This document shows positions 30,526 to 41,173 of a stretch of 64,000 nucleotides of DNA, piece by piece. The position numbers and the translations under genes are program-made. The stretch's first letter is position 1. Each line of letters opens with the position of its first letter. The notes under the pieces were generated by a model, which saw nothing but the letters and a program-made list of their open reading frames with translations, was not told the origin of the DNA and made no database searches. This stretch comes from Obrimoposthia wandeli (lineage: Eukaryota), in contig CDROCS010000506.1 of the NCBI GenBank assembly GCA_977020255.1, positions 1,550,001 to 1,614,000 of the forward strand. The letters are read 5' to 3'.

Positions 30526-31134
30526 GTGTCTATTAAATTTATCGCATCTTCAAAACTACCAACACCTTTTGGTACTTTCACCATGCACGGCTTCGAAGAC
30601 TCAGAAACAGGTAAAGAGCATGTAGCACTAACCTATGGTGAGTTAACGGGCGATGCAGTCATTCTAGGACGTATCCATTCAGAATGTTTAACCGGTGATG
30701 CACTGTTTAGTTTACGTTGTGATTGTGGTTTTCAACTAGAAACAGCAATGAAAAATATCACTGAAGCAGGCGCAGGTTTTATCCTTTATCTGCGTCAAGA
30801 AGGCCGTGGTATTGGTCTGTTAAACAAGATCCGTGCGTATAATTTACAAGATGCCGGTGCCAATACAGTCGAAGCCAACGAACAGTTAGGCTTTGCTGCG
30901 GATTTACGTAATTATGCAATGTGTAAGCCGATGCTTGCTCATCTTGGTGTTAACAAAGTGAAGTTAATGACCAATAACCCGAAAAAATTAGCGGCGATGG
31001 AAGAATACGGCGTGAATGTTGTGGCACGTGAGCCATTACAAGTGGGTAAGAATATGCACAATGAACATTATCTGAAAACCAAAGCCGACAAGCTTGGTCA
31101 TATGATGACAGAAAAGCATTTCAAAGAAGATTAA
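30526..31134 (+). CDS. ribA: GTP cyclohydrolase II
   Basis: [53 protein letters not shown]. Confidence 0.97.
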   Translation: MSIKFIASSKLPTPFGTFTMHGFEDSETGKEHVALTYGELTGDAVILGRIHSECLTGDALFSLRCDCGFQLETAMKNITEAGAGFILYLRQEGRGIGLLNKIRAYNLQDAGANTVEANEQLGFAADLRNYAMCKPMLAHLGVNKVKLMTNNPKKLAAMEEYGVNVVAREPLQVGKNMHNEHYLKTKADKLGHMMTEKHFKED

Positions 31135-31173
31135 TAAGCGCTGCTGTTATTAATAACAGCTACCGCTATAAAC

Positions 31174-31202
31174 AATAACAGCAGCCATTGGCTGCTGTTA
31201 TT
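31174..31202. terminator. Hairpin between convergent ribA and mgsA
   Basis: aataacagcagcc-att-ggctgctgttatt. Confidence 0.75.
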
Positions 31203-31273
31203 CGTTTTACACCATCATGCCAAGTAACCTATTTGCTACCCACCATCACGTCTATTATTTCTAAATCATCACG

Positions 31274-31738
31274 TTAAAGCTCGCTTGTGCGCTCAGCTAG
31301 GTAACCTTCATAATCTGGAATTTCATGCTCGTATTTACTGCTAGTATGGATCGAGTCGATAATAAAATCTGCGGTTGCGGGATTAGTTGCTACCGGTATA
31401 TTCCACACTGCGGCTAAACGTAATAATGCTTTTACATCGGGATCATGTGGTACCGCGTTCATAGGGTCCCAGAAGAAGATCATCATATCAATCTCGCCTT
31501 CTGCAATCAGCGCACCAAGCTGTTGATCGCCGCCCATTGGACCACTAAACAATGCTTTAACTGGCAGTCCAACATGTTTAGTTAATAACGTCGCTGTGGT
31601 GCCGGTACCGAATAGGTGATGTTTTTGTAAGATCTCTGCACGTGCTTTAGACCAAGCGATTAAATCGGCTTTCATGTGATCATGGGCTACAAGCGCGATA
31701 CGTTTGTTAGCTGCCATGCAACGGGTAATTTTTTGCAT
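31274..31738 (-). CDS. mgsA: Methylglyoxal synthase
   Basis: [43 protein letters not shown]. Confidence 0.97.
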   Translation of the reverse strand: MQKITRCMAANKRIALVAHDHMKADLIAWSKARAEILQKHHLFGTGTTATLLTKHVGLPVKALFSGPMGGDQQLGALIAEGEIDMMIFFWDPMNAVPHDPDVKALLRLAAVWNIPVATNPATADFIIDSIHTSSKYEHEIPDYEGYLAERTSEL

Positions 31739-31822
31739 CAGTGACCTACTGTTAATTTAAAAACATTAAAGATAATGAGGCTGATGATACTACTAAATAA
31801 GCGGAGATACACGGATGAGAGT

Positions 31823-31858
31823 CCCAGTTCAGACTCTCGAACGAGTACCTGAACTGGG
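31823..31858. other. Long stem-loop between the put operon and mgsA (terminator or RNA-stability element)
   Basis: cccagttcag-actc-tcgaac-gagt-ac-ctgaactggg; no U-tract on the minus strand. Confidence 0.55.
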
Positions 31859-31931
31859 CTATTGCTATTACTGTATTGATATTACTGCATGGCTATTACC
31901 ATATGAATAACGGGATTAATAACAACCGTCA

Positions 31932-32669
31932 TTAATGATCGCCACCACCAAGCTCTAGCAAGGTCGCATTGCCACCAACAGCAGTAATATTAATCGTACG
32001 TGTACGCTCGGTAATAAAGCGCAGGATAAAGTGAGTATCCGTTACGTATGCTAATGCACTACCGCTGACTTCAGCCACCAGTTGCGCCAATAAACCATCA
32101 CGTGTTGATAACGTGCGGTTAATCGTCTGCGCTGTTTTCTCATCACCAGTAAAAGCAACACCTGCCACTTTTGGTGATGCAATCAATGCAGTAAGCTCTG
32201 TTTCTTCAGCGCCTTGCACTACAAGGTCAGAAATCCCTGCTGTGTGTAGCGTATTAAGTAATACAAACTGCAATGCTTGCTGTGCTTGTGGCAGTGCCAA
32301 TACCAAGGTATTACCTGCTAACAAGGCTGCACTGATATGACCAACAATGGCATTAATCGTGCTGCTTTGCTCTGCGTCTGTCGCTGCAACAACAAATAAA
32401 CCACGTCCTGCACTGTAAAGTTCGTTCACTTCACCTGTTGGCCCTGGCATTAATTTTTCATCGCCGATGAGCGTGATAGCTTGGTGTTTTTGGTATTTTG
32501 CCATTTCACCGGCAAGTTTACCCAGCGCCGCTTCTTGGCTGATAATGTCGACCCATTTGCCAATCAACTCAGCACGTGCGATCACACCAAGATCATTCCA
32601 ACTTGCCCATGCACACAGACCCGTTTCAATCAGCTGCTGCGTCTGCACTTCTTTATTTTTTACAACCAT
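31932..32669 (-). CDS. Stand-alone ALDH-like domain equivalent to the PutA C-terminal domain (PutC-like)
   Basis: MPGPTGEVNEL...RG, ALLAGN, GVAFTG, ends FITERTRTINITAVGGNATLL like long PutAs; no catalytic ETGG/QRCS segment. Confidence 0.85.
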   Translation of the reverse strand: MVVKNKEVQTQQLIETGLCAWASWNDLGVIARAELIGKWVDIISQEAALGKLAGEMAKYQKHQAITLIGDEKLMPGPTGEVNELYSAGRGLFVVAATDAEQSSTINAIVGHISAALLAGNTLVLALPQAQQALQFVLLNTLHTAGISDLVVQGAEETELTALIASPKVAGVAFTGDEKTAQTINRTLSTRDGLLAQLVAEVSGSALAYVTDTHFILRFITERTRTINITAVGGNATLLELGGGDH

Positions 32670-32702
32670 GGTTTAAAACTCCTTAATTTACAATGACGCA
32701 GC

Positions 32703-35700
32703 TTAAGCGCTAACAACTTGCTTAGTGAAACGATAGAGGTAATGTGGACCACCCGCTTTTGGACCCGTACCTGATAAACCTTGACCACCGAATGGTTGCA
32801 CACCAACAACAGCACCAACTTGGTCGCGGTTGATGTAGCAGTTACCCACTCTTATTTGGCGTTCGATATCAGTGTAACTACGTTCATTACGGCTGTGGAT
32901 ACCCATGGTTAAACCAAAACCAGTAGCATTAATTTCGCTAATCACCTTGTTTAACTCAGCGGCTTTATAACGCACGATATGTAAAATAGGACCGAACTGT
33001 TCATTTTCTAATTGGTCAATGCTATTAATTTCAAATGCAATTGGGGCAATGAAGTCACCAAAATTACATTCCTCACTCAACGTTACTTCACCAACGACTT
33101 TGCTGGTTGCACGCATTATATCAATGTGCGCTTGCAGCTTTTTCTTCGCCAATAAATCAATCACCGGACCTACGTCGGTATGATGCTGTTGTGGCAGACC
33201 CACGTGTAATTCTTGCATCGCACCTTGGATCAAGGTGGTAATACGGTCAGCAATATCTTCTTGCACAAACAATACGCGTAATGCTGAACAACGTTGTCCC
33301 GCTGATGCAAATGCCGAGCGCATGACATCACGAACCACTTGTTCTGGCAGTGCTGTACTGTCAACGATCATGGTGTTTTGACCACCGGTTTCAGCAATCA
33401 ACGTAGCCACGTTAGTATTACGTTTAGCCAATGAACGGTTAATCACTTGCGCTGTTTCTGTTGAACCAGTAAACACCACACCAGCAATACGTTCGTCAGA
33501 TGTCAGCAATGAACCAACCGTCGCACCGCTACCAGGCAGTAGATGTATCGCTTCTTTAGGGAAACCAGCTTCTAACATCAGTTCCATGGTACGCGCTGCA
33601 ATCAAGCTAGTTTGCTCTGCAGGTTTCGCAATCACGGTATTACCCGCCACTAATGCTGCTGCAACTTGACCAAGGAAAATCGCTAATGGGAAGTTCCAAG
33701 GACTAATACAAACAAAGACACCTTGTCCCTGACGTGTAACTTGCTGAGCAATACCATCAAAACGTACTTGGTTTTTAGCTACCGAGAAGTTTTCAGTGGC
33801 TTGCATTGCATAGTAACGGCAGAAATCAACCGCTTCACGCACTTCATCTAAGCTATCGTGAATCGTTTTACCGGCTTCTTTATGGCATAACGCCACTAAT
33901 TCAGCTAAATTTTCTTCTAATAAATCAGCAACTTTATTTAAGCATTCCGCGCGCTGCGCCACAGGTACTGCAGACCATGTAGGGAAGTAATCAGCTGCTG
34001 TATCAAGTGCCGTAGTTACTTCTGCAGGGGTCGACCACAATACTTGACCAACGTGAATACGGCGATCGTAAGGGGCGCTAACAGGCTTCGCATTTTCTAA
34101 TTCAGTGGTGATCACTTGACCATTAACCACTGGCGCTGCTTGCCACGTTTTTTGCATCTGTAAAGTCAGTTCATTATTAAACGGCGTGATCTCACTGATA
34201 ATATCAACATTGATGTTGCATGAGTTTTTACGTCCAGCAAAAATTTTCGTTGGTAATGGGATCAAACTATTATGGAACGTTGGGCGACTTTCTAAGGTAT
34301 CAACCGGATGTTCTGTTAATTCCGTAATCGGACAATCAGCATCAACCAAACGGTGTACGAACGAGCTGTTTGCACCATTCTCTAATAGACGGCGAACCAA
34401 GTATGGTAATAAGTCTTTGTGACTACCGACTGGCGCATAGATACGCACATCAACAGCATACATTTCTAATGCGTGGTTATAGAGCGCATCACCCATGCCA
34501 TGTAGACGTTGGAACTCATAATCTTTATGCGCAGCCATGGTCGCAATGGCAGATACCGTGTGGGCATTATGGCTCGCAAACTGTGGATAGATACAACCAC
34601 GGATTTGATCGCTTAATAAGAAACGTGCACAGGCTAAATAGGCAACATCGGTCGCTTCTTTACGGGTATAAACCGGGTAAGCATCATAGCCATTTTGCTG
34701 TGATAATTTAAGTTCGGTATCCCAATAAGCACCTTTCACTAAGCGTAATGGGATCACATCGCCCTGCTCTTTGGCTAATGCCGCAAGCCAGATTAACGTT
34801 GGTAGCGCACGCTTAGAATAAGCTTGAACTACGATACCGAATTTACCCCAACCTTGCAGTTTCGGGTTACGGTACAGTTTTTCAAATAAAGCTAATGATA
34901 ATTCTAAACGATCAGCTTCTTCCGCATCAATGGTGATACCGACATCTAAATCACGTGCACGTAATAATAACTCTAATACAGTGTCGTGCATTTCCGTCAT
35001 CACACGCGCTTCGTTAGCAACTTCATAACGAGGGTGTAGAGCCGATAATTTAATTGATACCGTTGGCGCAGGCGTTTTATCGTTGGCATATTTGTTTTTA
35101 CCAACCGCTTCAACCGCTTTGATGTAATCATTAAAATATTTTTTTGCATCCGCACTCGTTAATGCAGATTCACCTAACATATCAAATGAGTAGGTAAAGC
35201 CTTTGTCACGTTGTGGACGGCCATTTTTTTGTGCTTCAGCAATGTCACGACCCAATACAAATTGGTGTCCCATGATCTTCATGGCTTGGTTCATTGCTTG
35301 ACGAATAATAGGTTCTGATACTTTATTAACTAAACGGCTAATGGTATTACCCGCTGATTTAGTATCTTTACGATCCATGCTGACAACTTTACCAGTCAGT
35401 AATAATCCCCATGTCGACGCATTTACAAAGGTTGAATCAGAATTTTTTAAATGTGATTTCCAATCTGCTACGCTTAATTTATCGCGAATTAATGCATCCG
35501 CAGTTGCAGCATCAGGAATACGCATCAAGGCTTCGGCAAGACACATCAACAAGATACCTTCTTTAGTATCTAAGCTGTATTCCAATAACAAGGCATCAAT
35601 CATTTGAATGGCTTGTTTATCAGCGCGCACGCGTTCAATTAACACAGTTGCATTGCTGGTGATCTGAGATTTCTCTTCTGCAGATGGGCGGGCCATTGGT

Positions 35701-35819
35701 AGCAATTCTGCTAACCATTTTGACTCATCAACCATATATAAAGGAGATATTAACTGCCAAAGTTCATCCATAGGACGATCTATAAACGACGGTGAAAGTG
35801 CATCTAACGCTTTAAACAT
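32703..35819 (-). CDS. putA: Bifunctional proline dehydrogenase / P5C dehydrogenase PutA
   Basis: EGILLMCLAEALMRIPD, SFDMLGE, DAEEADRL, RLVKGAYWD, YLVRRLLENGAN, ISPWNFPLAIF, ETGG, GQRCSALR. Confidence 0.97.
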   Translation of the reverse strand: MFKALDALSPSFIDRPMDELWQLISPLYMVDESKWLAELLPMARPSAEEKSQITSNATVLIERVRADKQAIQMIDALLLEYSLDTKEGILLMCLAEALMRIPDAATADALIRDKLSVADWKSHLKNSDSTFVNASTWGLLLTGKVVSMDRKDTKSAGNTISRLVNKVSEPIIRQAMNQAMKIMGHQFVLGRDIAEAQKNGRPQRDKGFTYSFDMLGESALTSADAKKYFNDYIKAVEAVGKNKYANDKTPAPTVSIKLSALHPRYEVANEARVMTEMHDTVLELLLRARDLDVGITIDAEEADRLELSLALFEKLYRNPKLQGWGKFGIVVQAYSKRALPTLIWLAALAKEQGDVIPLRLVKGAYWDTELKLSQQNGYDAYPVYTRKEATDVAYLACARFLLSDQIRGCIYPQFASHNAHTVSAIATMAAHKDYEFQRLHGMGDALYNHALEMYAVDVRIYAPVGSHKDLLPYLVRRLLENGANSSFVHRLVDADCPITELTEHPVDTLESRPTFHNSLIPLPTKIFAGRKNSCNINVDIISEITPFNNELTLQMQKTWQAAPVVNGQVITTELENAKPVSAPYDRRIHVGQVLWSTPAEVTTALDTAADYFPTWSAVPVAQRAECLNKVADLLEENLAELVALCHKEAGKTIHDSLDEVREAVDFCRYYAMQATENFSVAKNQVRFDGIAQQVTRQGQGVFVCISPWNFPLAIFLGQVAAALVAGNTVIAKPAEQTSLIAARTMELMLEAGFPKEAIHLLPGSGATVGSLLTSDERIAGVVFTGSTETAQVINRSLAKRNTNVATLIAETGGQNTMIVDSTALPEQVVRDVMRSAFASAGQRCSALRVLFVQEDIADRITTLIQGAMQELHVGLPQQHHTDVGPVIDLLAKKKLQAHIDIMRATSKVVGEVTLSEECNFGDFIAPIAFEINSIDQLENEQFGPILHIVRYKAAELNKVISEINATGFGLTMGIHSRNERSYTDIERQIRVGNCYINRDQVGAVVGVQPFGGQGLSGTGPKAGGPHYLYRFTKQVVSA

Positions 35820-36004
35820 ACCAAGGGCCTCTTAACTTACGAAATTTAATGCTGCCGGAGTGTTACATTAAAGATACGAAAATAATATGGGTTGGTTAGC
35901 AGATTTAGAAAGAAAATGTGATTTATATAAAATAATTAGTACTTCAGTGCAGTTTAAGCCGTTATTTAACCCTGCTAACCGCATAAAAAGCAATAAAGTA
36001 GTAA

Positions 36005-36487
36005 TTATGGTAAGCGTTGTAAGGATAGAAGGTGGCGGCTAACAAGACAAGCCGTGATCACTAATAGTATTTTTACCGCCCAATACGGGGCAAAATAAAT
36101 GGCTAATAACATCGCCAACCACATGCTCGATAATGAACTCAGTAATTGCTTTTTGCTGATGCCTTTACGCAATAAATAATTCGTTAAATAAGGACCAAGA
36201 TAACGGTGGTTAAACAGCCATAATTGTAGCTTGCGCGACGACCGGCTAAAACAAGCTGCCGCTAATAATAAAAATGGCACTGTCGGTAACAGGGGTAAAA
36301 AAATACCAAGCACACCTAAAGTAACAGCAAGACAACCAGCTAAAAGTAACAGGGCGCGCCACGGTTGCGAGACTAAATAATTTTCAGCCACGATCGGCTT
36401 ATCAACGTTCTGCTCACCAATAAGCGATTCATCTACCACGTCCGTCGGTTGTTTTGCATTCTGCTTGGCTGTCGATTTAGTCATCAT
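36005..36487 (-). CDS. ybaN: YbaN (DUF454) family inner membrane protein
   Basis: LGVLGIFLPLLPTVPFLLLAAACFSRSS..L..WL..H...GPY. Confidence 0.92.
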   Translation of the reverse strand: MMTKSTAKQNAKQPTDVVDESLIGEQNVDKPIVAENYLVSQPWRALLLLAGCLAVTLGVLGIFLPLLPTVPFLLLAAACFSRSSRKLQLWLFNHRYLGPYLTNYLLRKGISKKQLLSSLSSMWLAMLLAIYFAPYWAVKILLVITACLVSRHLLSLQRLP

Positions 36488-36565
36488 CGTATTCCGTCAC
36501 TGTTTATCTAAAATGTGCATACCTCACCATAACCCAGCAATGCCAGATCATAAAGCCGCACATAA

Positions 36566-37180
36566 TCATTTTAATAATAAAAATGCCGGAAAGTGGATTT
36601 TTTTAACCACGATATACCAACGTACAGCGACGATAAGTATCATGCACGTCAGCGCCGCCAAAGTCGTATCAACAGCTAAATTCACCAACAAGATATACAA
36701 GCAGCAGCCTAAAATAATCGGCGTCGCGTACAGCTCTGTATTATTAAATAAGGTTTGCCGATGGGCGAGAATATCCCGTAATACCCCACCAAAGATAGCA
36801 GTGACTAACCCCATAGATATCGCGACATAAGCAGCATAACCACCGCTGTATAATTGCTGGGTGACAAGCACGGAAAATAGCGATACACCGATAGTATCAA
36901 ACATAATAATAAACTTATTGAGGCGGTTTTTACGGATATGGGTAATAGTAAAAAAACCAATAATAGCACTGAGCAATGCGGTCCAGAAATAACTCGGGTC
37001 GCGGATCCAAAAAATAGTCTCCGCCGATAAAATAAGATCCCTCAAGGTGCCACCACCTAACGCCGTGATCCAGCCTAGCATCATAATACTGACAATATCT
37101 TTACCGCGATTAGACTCTACTAATACACCACTAAGCGCGAACGCGACAATGCATATCATTTCTAGGCTATAGACCAACAT
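36566..37180 (-). CDS. Trimeric intracellular cation channel family (UPF0126) protein
   Basis: FALSG, TALGGGTLRDL, D.IGVSLF, TAIFGGVLRDIL, ELYATP; RBS ggag before ATG 37180. Confidence 0.9.
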   Translation of the reverse strand: MLVYSLEMICIVAFALSGVLVESNRGKDIVSIMMLGWITALGGGTLRDLILSAETIFWIRDPSYFWTALLSAIIGFFTITHIRKNRLNKFIIMFDTIGVSLFSVLVTQQLYSGGYAAYVAISMGLVTAIFGGVLRDILAHRQTLFNNTELYATPIILGCCLYILLVNLAVDTTLAALTCMILIVAVRWYIVVKKIHFPAFLLLK

Positions 37181-37329
37181 CTGCAACTCCTTGTCGCACT
37201 AGCTTCATTTATTAATAAAACAATTAAGCTCGCAGTCTACCCAGTGATTTAAGTAACTGGCAACTGTTTTCATTTCATGAAAGGTGATGTTCGCCCTACT
37301 CGTCACAATATCCAGTGCCCAGAAACAAC

Positions 37330-37352
37330 AAAACCCCAGCAAGCTGAGGTTT
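37330..37352 (-). terminator. Terminator of the Cache-domain gene
   Basis: aaacctcagc-tt-gctggggttttgttgttt on the minus strand. Confidence 0.75.
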
Positions 37353-37390
37353 GTACATCGAATAAGACTCGATAAACGAATGCCTTATAA

Positions 37391-37969
37391 CTAGTGAGAA
37401 GTCATCATATTGAGAATAGAAGCATCAACATCGAGGATATAAACACCTTCTCCATAGACCCAACCCCAAGGTTTAAAGTATTGGCTATAAGAGATTTTCT
37501 TTTGTTCCGTGCCGTCTGCATTGAAGTGATAAAAATACTGAGAATACCCTTCATTTTGACGATGTACCGCTTCGTTATACAATAACTGATATAACTTAAC
37601 GCCATTAATATCACGGTCTTCTTTGACATTTTTATTTAGCATCGTCGCATTATTCACTGATTCTAAAAGTAAATAATCGTCGTTAAATACAAAAATATAA
37701 TTTTCATTTACTTGGTTAATCTGATGAATTTCGTTGATCGCTTGTTGCTGTGCTTGAGCCAGACTCAAGTCACCATCAAGATAACGTTGATAATAACCGT
37801 TGATGAGAGTCGCGATAAAATTAATGCGGGGTTCCAATGCACATCGACGTTGATCGATTACATTATTACGGACATATAAAAAATAACTCGTGCTTAACCC
37901 TACAAAGAGTAACGAGAAGCCTACCGCTATCAATAGCAGCTTTTTTTCTAGTGATATTGCTTTTGACAT
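37391..37969 (-). CDS. Stand-alone single Cache (sCache_2-like) sensor-domain protein
   Basis: One N-terminal TM; G.L...QAQQQA, YIFVF, D.NG.KLY, GY..Y.Y, KKISYSQYFKPWGWVYGEGVYI.D; stops right after the domain. Confidence 0.8.
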   Translation of the reverse strand: MSKAISLEKKLLLIAVGFSLLFVGLSTSYFLYVRNNVIDQRRCALEPRINFIATLINGYYQRYLDGDLSLAQAQQQAINEIHQINQVNENYIFVFNDDYLLLESVNNATMLNKNVKEDRDINGVKLYQLLYNEAVHRQNEGYSQYFYHFNADGTEQKKISYSQYFKPWGWVYGEGVYILDVDASILNMMTSH

Positions 37970-38175
37970 TAATTAACTTAATGAACATTCACATCCTTAT
38001 TAGTTCAACCTTCTGTTGCTAATGGACGAGCGATCATACAGGACAACAATACAAATCGAAACCGCAAAAATACGAATGGTCATACCTGCCACAAAATCAT
38101 CACTTATCAGCTAATTATGCTAATAAACACGCGTGATATTTAAGATAAATTACTTATTATTACAGTTTAACCAAG

Positions 38176-38231
38176 CTGTCATTAAAACGTCATAAAAATG
38201 CATAAAAGTTGTCACATAAAAACCATAATAT
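38176..38231 (+). promoter_or_regulatory. Pho (PhoB) box array with -10 element for the ABC/phosphatase operon
   Basis: Heptads at 11-bp spacing: CTGTCAT(38176), ACGTCAT(38187), ATGCATA(38198, degenerate), TTGTCAC(38209). TAATAT starts at 38226, 10 nt after the last heptad. Confidence 0.8.
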
Positions 38232-38271
38232 GCACAGCGTACTTACTCACCTGTCTAGGAAGATAGAGATA

Positions 38272-39321
38272 ATGAAAACATTACTAACCAGTACTACATT
38301 AATCGCAAGTTTGATGACTACAGTTGTAAATGCCAATGATGATCTTGATTCAGTGATTAGCGCAGCAAAAAAAGAAGGCGCTGTATACAGTGTCGGCATG
38401 CCAGATAGCTGGGCAAATTGGAAAGGAACTTGGGCAGATTTGGGCGAGGTTTATGGCTTAAAACACCAAGATACAGACATGAGTTCGGCGCAAGAAATTG
38501 CTAAATTCTCTGCCGAAAAAACCAATGCAACAGCAGATATTGGTGACGTAGGTTTTGCGTTCGCGCGTGTTGCAGTAAAAAAAGGCGTGACACAAGCTTA
38601 CAAACCAACAACTTGGGATAGCATTCCAGATTGGGCTAAAGATAAAGACGGTCACTGGGCACTTGCTTACACAGGTACCATCTCGTTTATTTCAAATAAT
38701 AATTTAGTTAAAAACCCACCAACATCATGGGACGACATTCTCAAAGGTGATTATCGTGTCACTGTAGGTGATGTTGGTATCGCATCACAAGCGAACAACG
38801 CCGTGTTAGCAGCAGCATTTGCAATGGGTGGCAGCGAAAAAAATATCAAACCAGCAGTCGAATTCTTCTCTAAGCTTGCCAAACAAGGTCGTTTATCACT
38901 TAATGATCCAGGCCTAGCTAACCTTGAAAAAGGCGAAGTAGAAGTGGCTATTCTTTGGGACTTTAATGCCCTGAATTATCGCGATCAAATAGACCGCAGC
39001 CGTTTCACCGTATCAATTCCACAAGATGGTTCAGTGATATCTGGTTACACCACTATTATCAACAAATATGCTCAGAATCCTAACGCGGCAAAACTGGCGC
39101 GCGAATATATTTTCAGTGATAAAGGCCAGATTAATTTAGCGCAAGGTTATGCACGTCCAATCCGTGACAACGTAACACTACCAGCTGAAATCCAAGCGCA
39201 ATTATTACCAAATGAACAATACAGCAATGTGCATTCGGTTACCGATTTTAAAGCCTGGGAAAAAACAGCACGTAAACTGCCACGCCAATGGCAAGAAAAT
39301 GTACTTCTACATATCCAGTAA
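38272..39321 (+). CDS. ABC substrate-binding protein (PotD/AfuA-like fold), probable phosphonate/phosphoester substrate
   Basis: Signal peptide, GMPDSWANW, DTDMSSAQEIAKF, ADIGDVG, DKDGHWALAYTGTI, WDFNAL; start trimmed to MKTLL. Confidence 0.88.
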   Translation: MKTLLTSTTLIASLMTTVVNANDDLDSVISAAKKEGAVYSVGMPDSWANWKGTWADLGEVYGLKHQDTDMSSAQEIAKFSAEKTNATADIGDVGFAFARVAVKKGVTQAYKPTTWDSIPDWAKDKDGHWALAYTGTISFISNNNLVKNPPTSWDDILKGDYRVTVGDVGIASQANNAVLAAAFAMGGSEKNIKPAVEFFSKLAKQGRLSLNDPGLANLEKGEVEVAILWDFNALNYRDQIDRSRFTVSIPQDGSVISGYTTIINKYAQNPNAAKLAREYIFSDKGQINLAQGYARPIRDNVTLPAEIQAQLLPNEQYSNVHSVTDFKAWEKTARKLPRQWQENVLLHIQ

Positions 39322-39380
39322 AAACGAACTCTTTGATATTAACTAAAAGTACTTTTTCACATCAACTAAAAGAGCAGCTA

Positions 39381-40283
39381 ATGAACAATAAAGTCATTCT
39401 TGTTGTTCTCGATGGTCTTAATCATCAAGTAGCCCATGATTGCATGGGTTACTTGAATGCATTAATAGAGCAAGATCGAGCAACACTTTATCCGGTTATC
39501 AGTGAATTACCATCAATGTCTCGCCCACTGTATGAATGTTTATTAACAGGGGTTACGCCTGCACAAAGCGGCATAGTGAATAATAATATTGTTCGTCTGT
39601 CACACCACAGCAGTGTATTTAGTTTAGCGAAGCAAGCATCGTTAACCACCGCAGCAGCAGCTTATCACTGGATGAGTGAGTTATATAACATCGCCCCTTA
39701 CAATGCAGTGCGCGATCGCTTTACTGACGATCCAAGCCTAAATATTCAGCATGGTTGTTTCTATCATATGGACCACTACCCTGATGAAATGGTGTTTCTA
39801 GATGCTGAAAATCTGCGTCAACAACACAACCCTGATTTTTTACTTATTCACCCGATGAACATCGATGATGCTGGCCATAAATTTGGTTTAGATTCGAGCC
39901 AATATCGTAATACCGCGCGCGGTGCCGATATCATCTTATCTAACTATGTTGATGTTTGGTTAGACGCCGGATACCAGATCCTTATCACCAGTGATCATGG
40001 CATGAACAATGACAGATCCCACGGCGGTATATTACCTGAAGAACGTGCAGTGCCTTTGTTTGTTATCGGTGACGGTTTTAGCCACCAGCCTACAGTGATG
40101 AAGCAAACCGAGTTATGTGGCAACGTTTGCCAATTATTGGGATTGGTTGATCATGGTAAATCTTATAATTCAGCGCTATTAAACCAGCAACCTGAACTTA
40201 TTCGCCAACAGCCCTGCAACACCAGCATCAAAACCAGCACCAACACTAATAACCAAGCAGAAAAGAGCGTAAATAGTCTATGA
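39381..40283 (+). CDS. Alkaline-phosphatase-superfamily (NPP/phosphodiesterase-like) enzyme, cytoplasmic
   Basis: VILVVLDGL, ELPSMSRPLY (Ser nucleophile position), HPMNIDDAGH, ITSDHGM, SHGG; no signal peptide; start trimmed to 39381. Confidence 0.88.
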   Translation: MNNKVILVVLDGLNHQVAHDCMGYLNALIEQDRATLYPVISELPSMSRPLYECLLTGVTPAQSGIVNNNIVRLSHHSSVFSLAKQASLTTAAAAYHWMSELYNIAPYNAVRDRFTDDPSLNIQHGCFYHMDHYPDEMVFLDAENLRQQHNPDFLLIHPMNIDDAGHKFGLDSSQYRNTARGADIILSNYVDVWLDAGYQILITSDHGMNNDRSHGGILPEERAVPLFVIGDGFSHQPTVMKQTELCGNVCQLLGLVDHGKSYNSALLNQQPELIRQQPCNTSIKTSTNTNNQAEKSVNSL

Positions 40284-41173
40284 ACACTATTTCAGTTCCC
40301 GCAGTGGAAACCTCAAACACCAAGTCAACTCGCAAACTGTTGCGATTAACTAAATTTAAACCGGCATTAATCTTGTTGCCGTTTGCACTGCTGTTTTTTA
40401 TGTTTCAGATTGCCCCGATGTTGTGGGTATTGTTCAACAGTTTCATTTATGAAGATGAATTTAGCTTAGAAAATTATCAAGAGATTTTTGATTCTGCTTT
40501 TATTCTCCAAGGCTTTACCAATAGCTTATGGTTAGCGGTCACCTCAAGCCTCGTCGCTATTATCATTGCAGCATTATTTGTGTCTTCATTACGCCGTTTT
40601 GATTCTCGCGTTCGCGACTTAATCGTCGCATTTACCAACATGACAGCCAACTTTAGCGGTGTGCCACTGGCGTTTGCCTTTATTATCATTCTTGGTTTTA
40701 ACGGCGCATTAACGTTATTACTGAAGAAATACGGCATTATTGATGATTTTAATTTGTATGGTCAGTGGGGATTACTGGCTATTTATATCTATTTTCAAGT
40801 GCCACTAGCGACCTTACTACTCTACCCCGCATTCGATGCTCTTAGTGATGATTGGCAAGCTGCATCATCCTTGTTGGGTGCTAAAAATTGGCAGTTCTGG
40901 CGTTACATCGGTCTACCGGTATTATCTCCAGCCTTGCTTGGTACCTTTATCATTTTAATTGCCAATGCAATGGGTGCTTATGCCAGTATCTACGCGTTAA
41001 CATCGGGCAACTACAATGTGATTACCGTACGTATTGCGAGTCTGGTATCCGGCGATATCTTCCTGGAACCGAACCTAGCAGCCGCTATTTCAGTATTACT
41101 TATTTTATTACTGGCGTTCATCACGCTGATCAACCAACTACTTATTAGTCGGAGCTACCATGCCAAACGCTAA
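40280..41173 (+). CDS. ABC transporter permease
   Basis: Multi-TM; NFSGVPLAFAF; EAA-like WQAASSLLGA. Confidence 0.9.
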   Translation: MNTISVPAVETSNTKSTRKLLRLTKFKPALILLPFALLFFMFQIAPMLWVLFNSFIYEDEFSLENYQEIFDSAFILQGFTNSLWLAVTSSLVAIIIAALFVSSLRRFDSRVRDLIVAFTNMTANFSGVPLAFAFIIILGFNGALTLLLKKYGIIDDFNLYGQWGLLAIYIYFQVPLATLLLYPAFDALSDDWQAASSLLGAKNWQFWRYIGLPVLSPALLGTFIILIANAMGAYASIYALTSGNYNVITVRIASLVSGDIFLEPNLAAAISVLLILLLAFITLINQLLISRSYHAKR

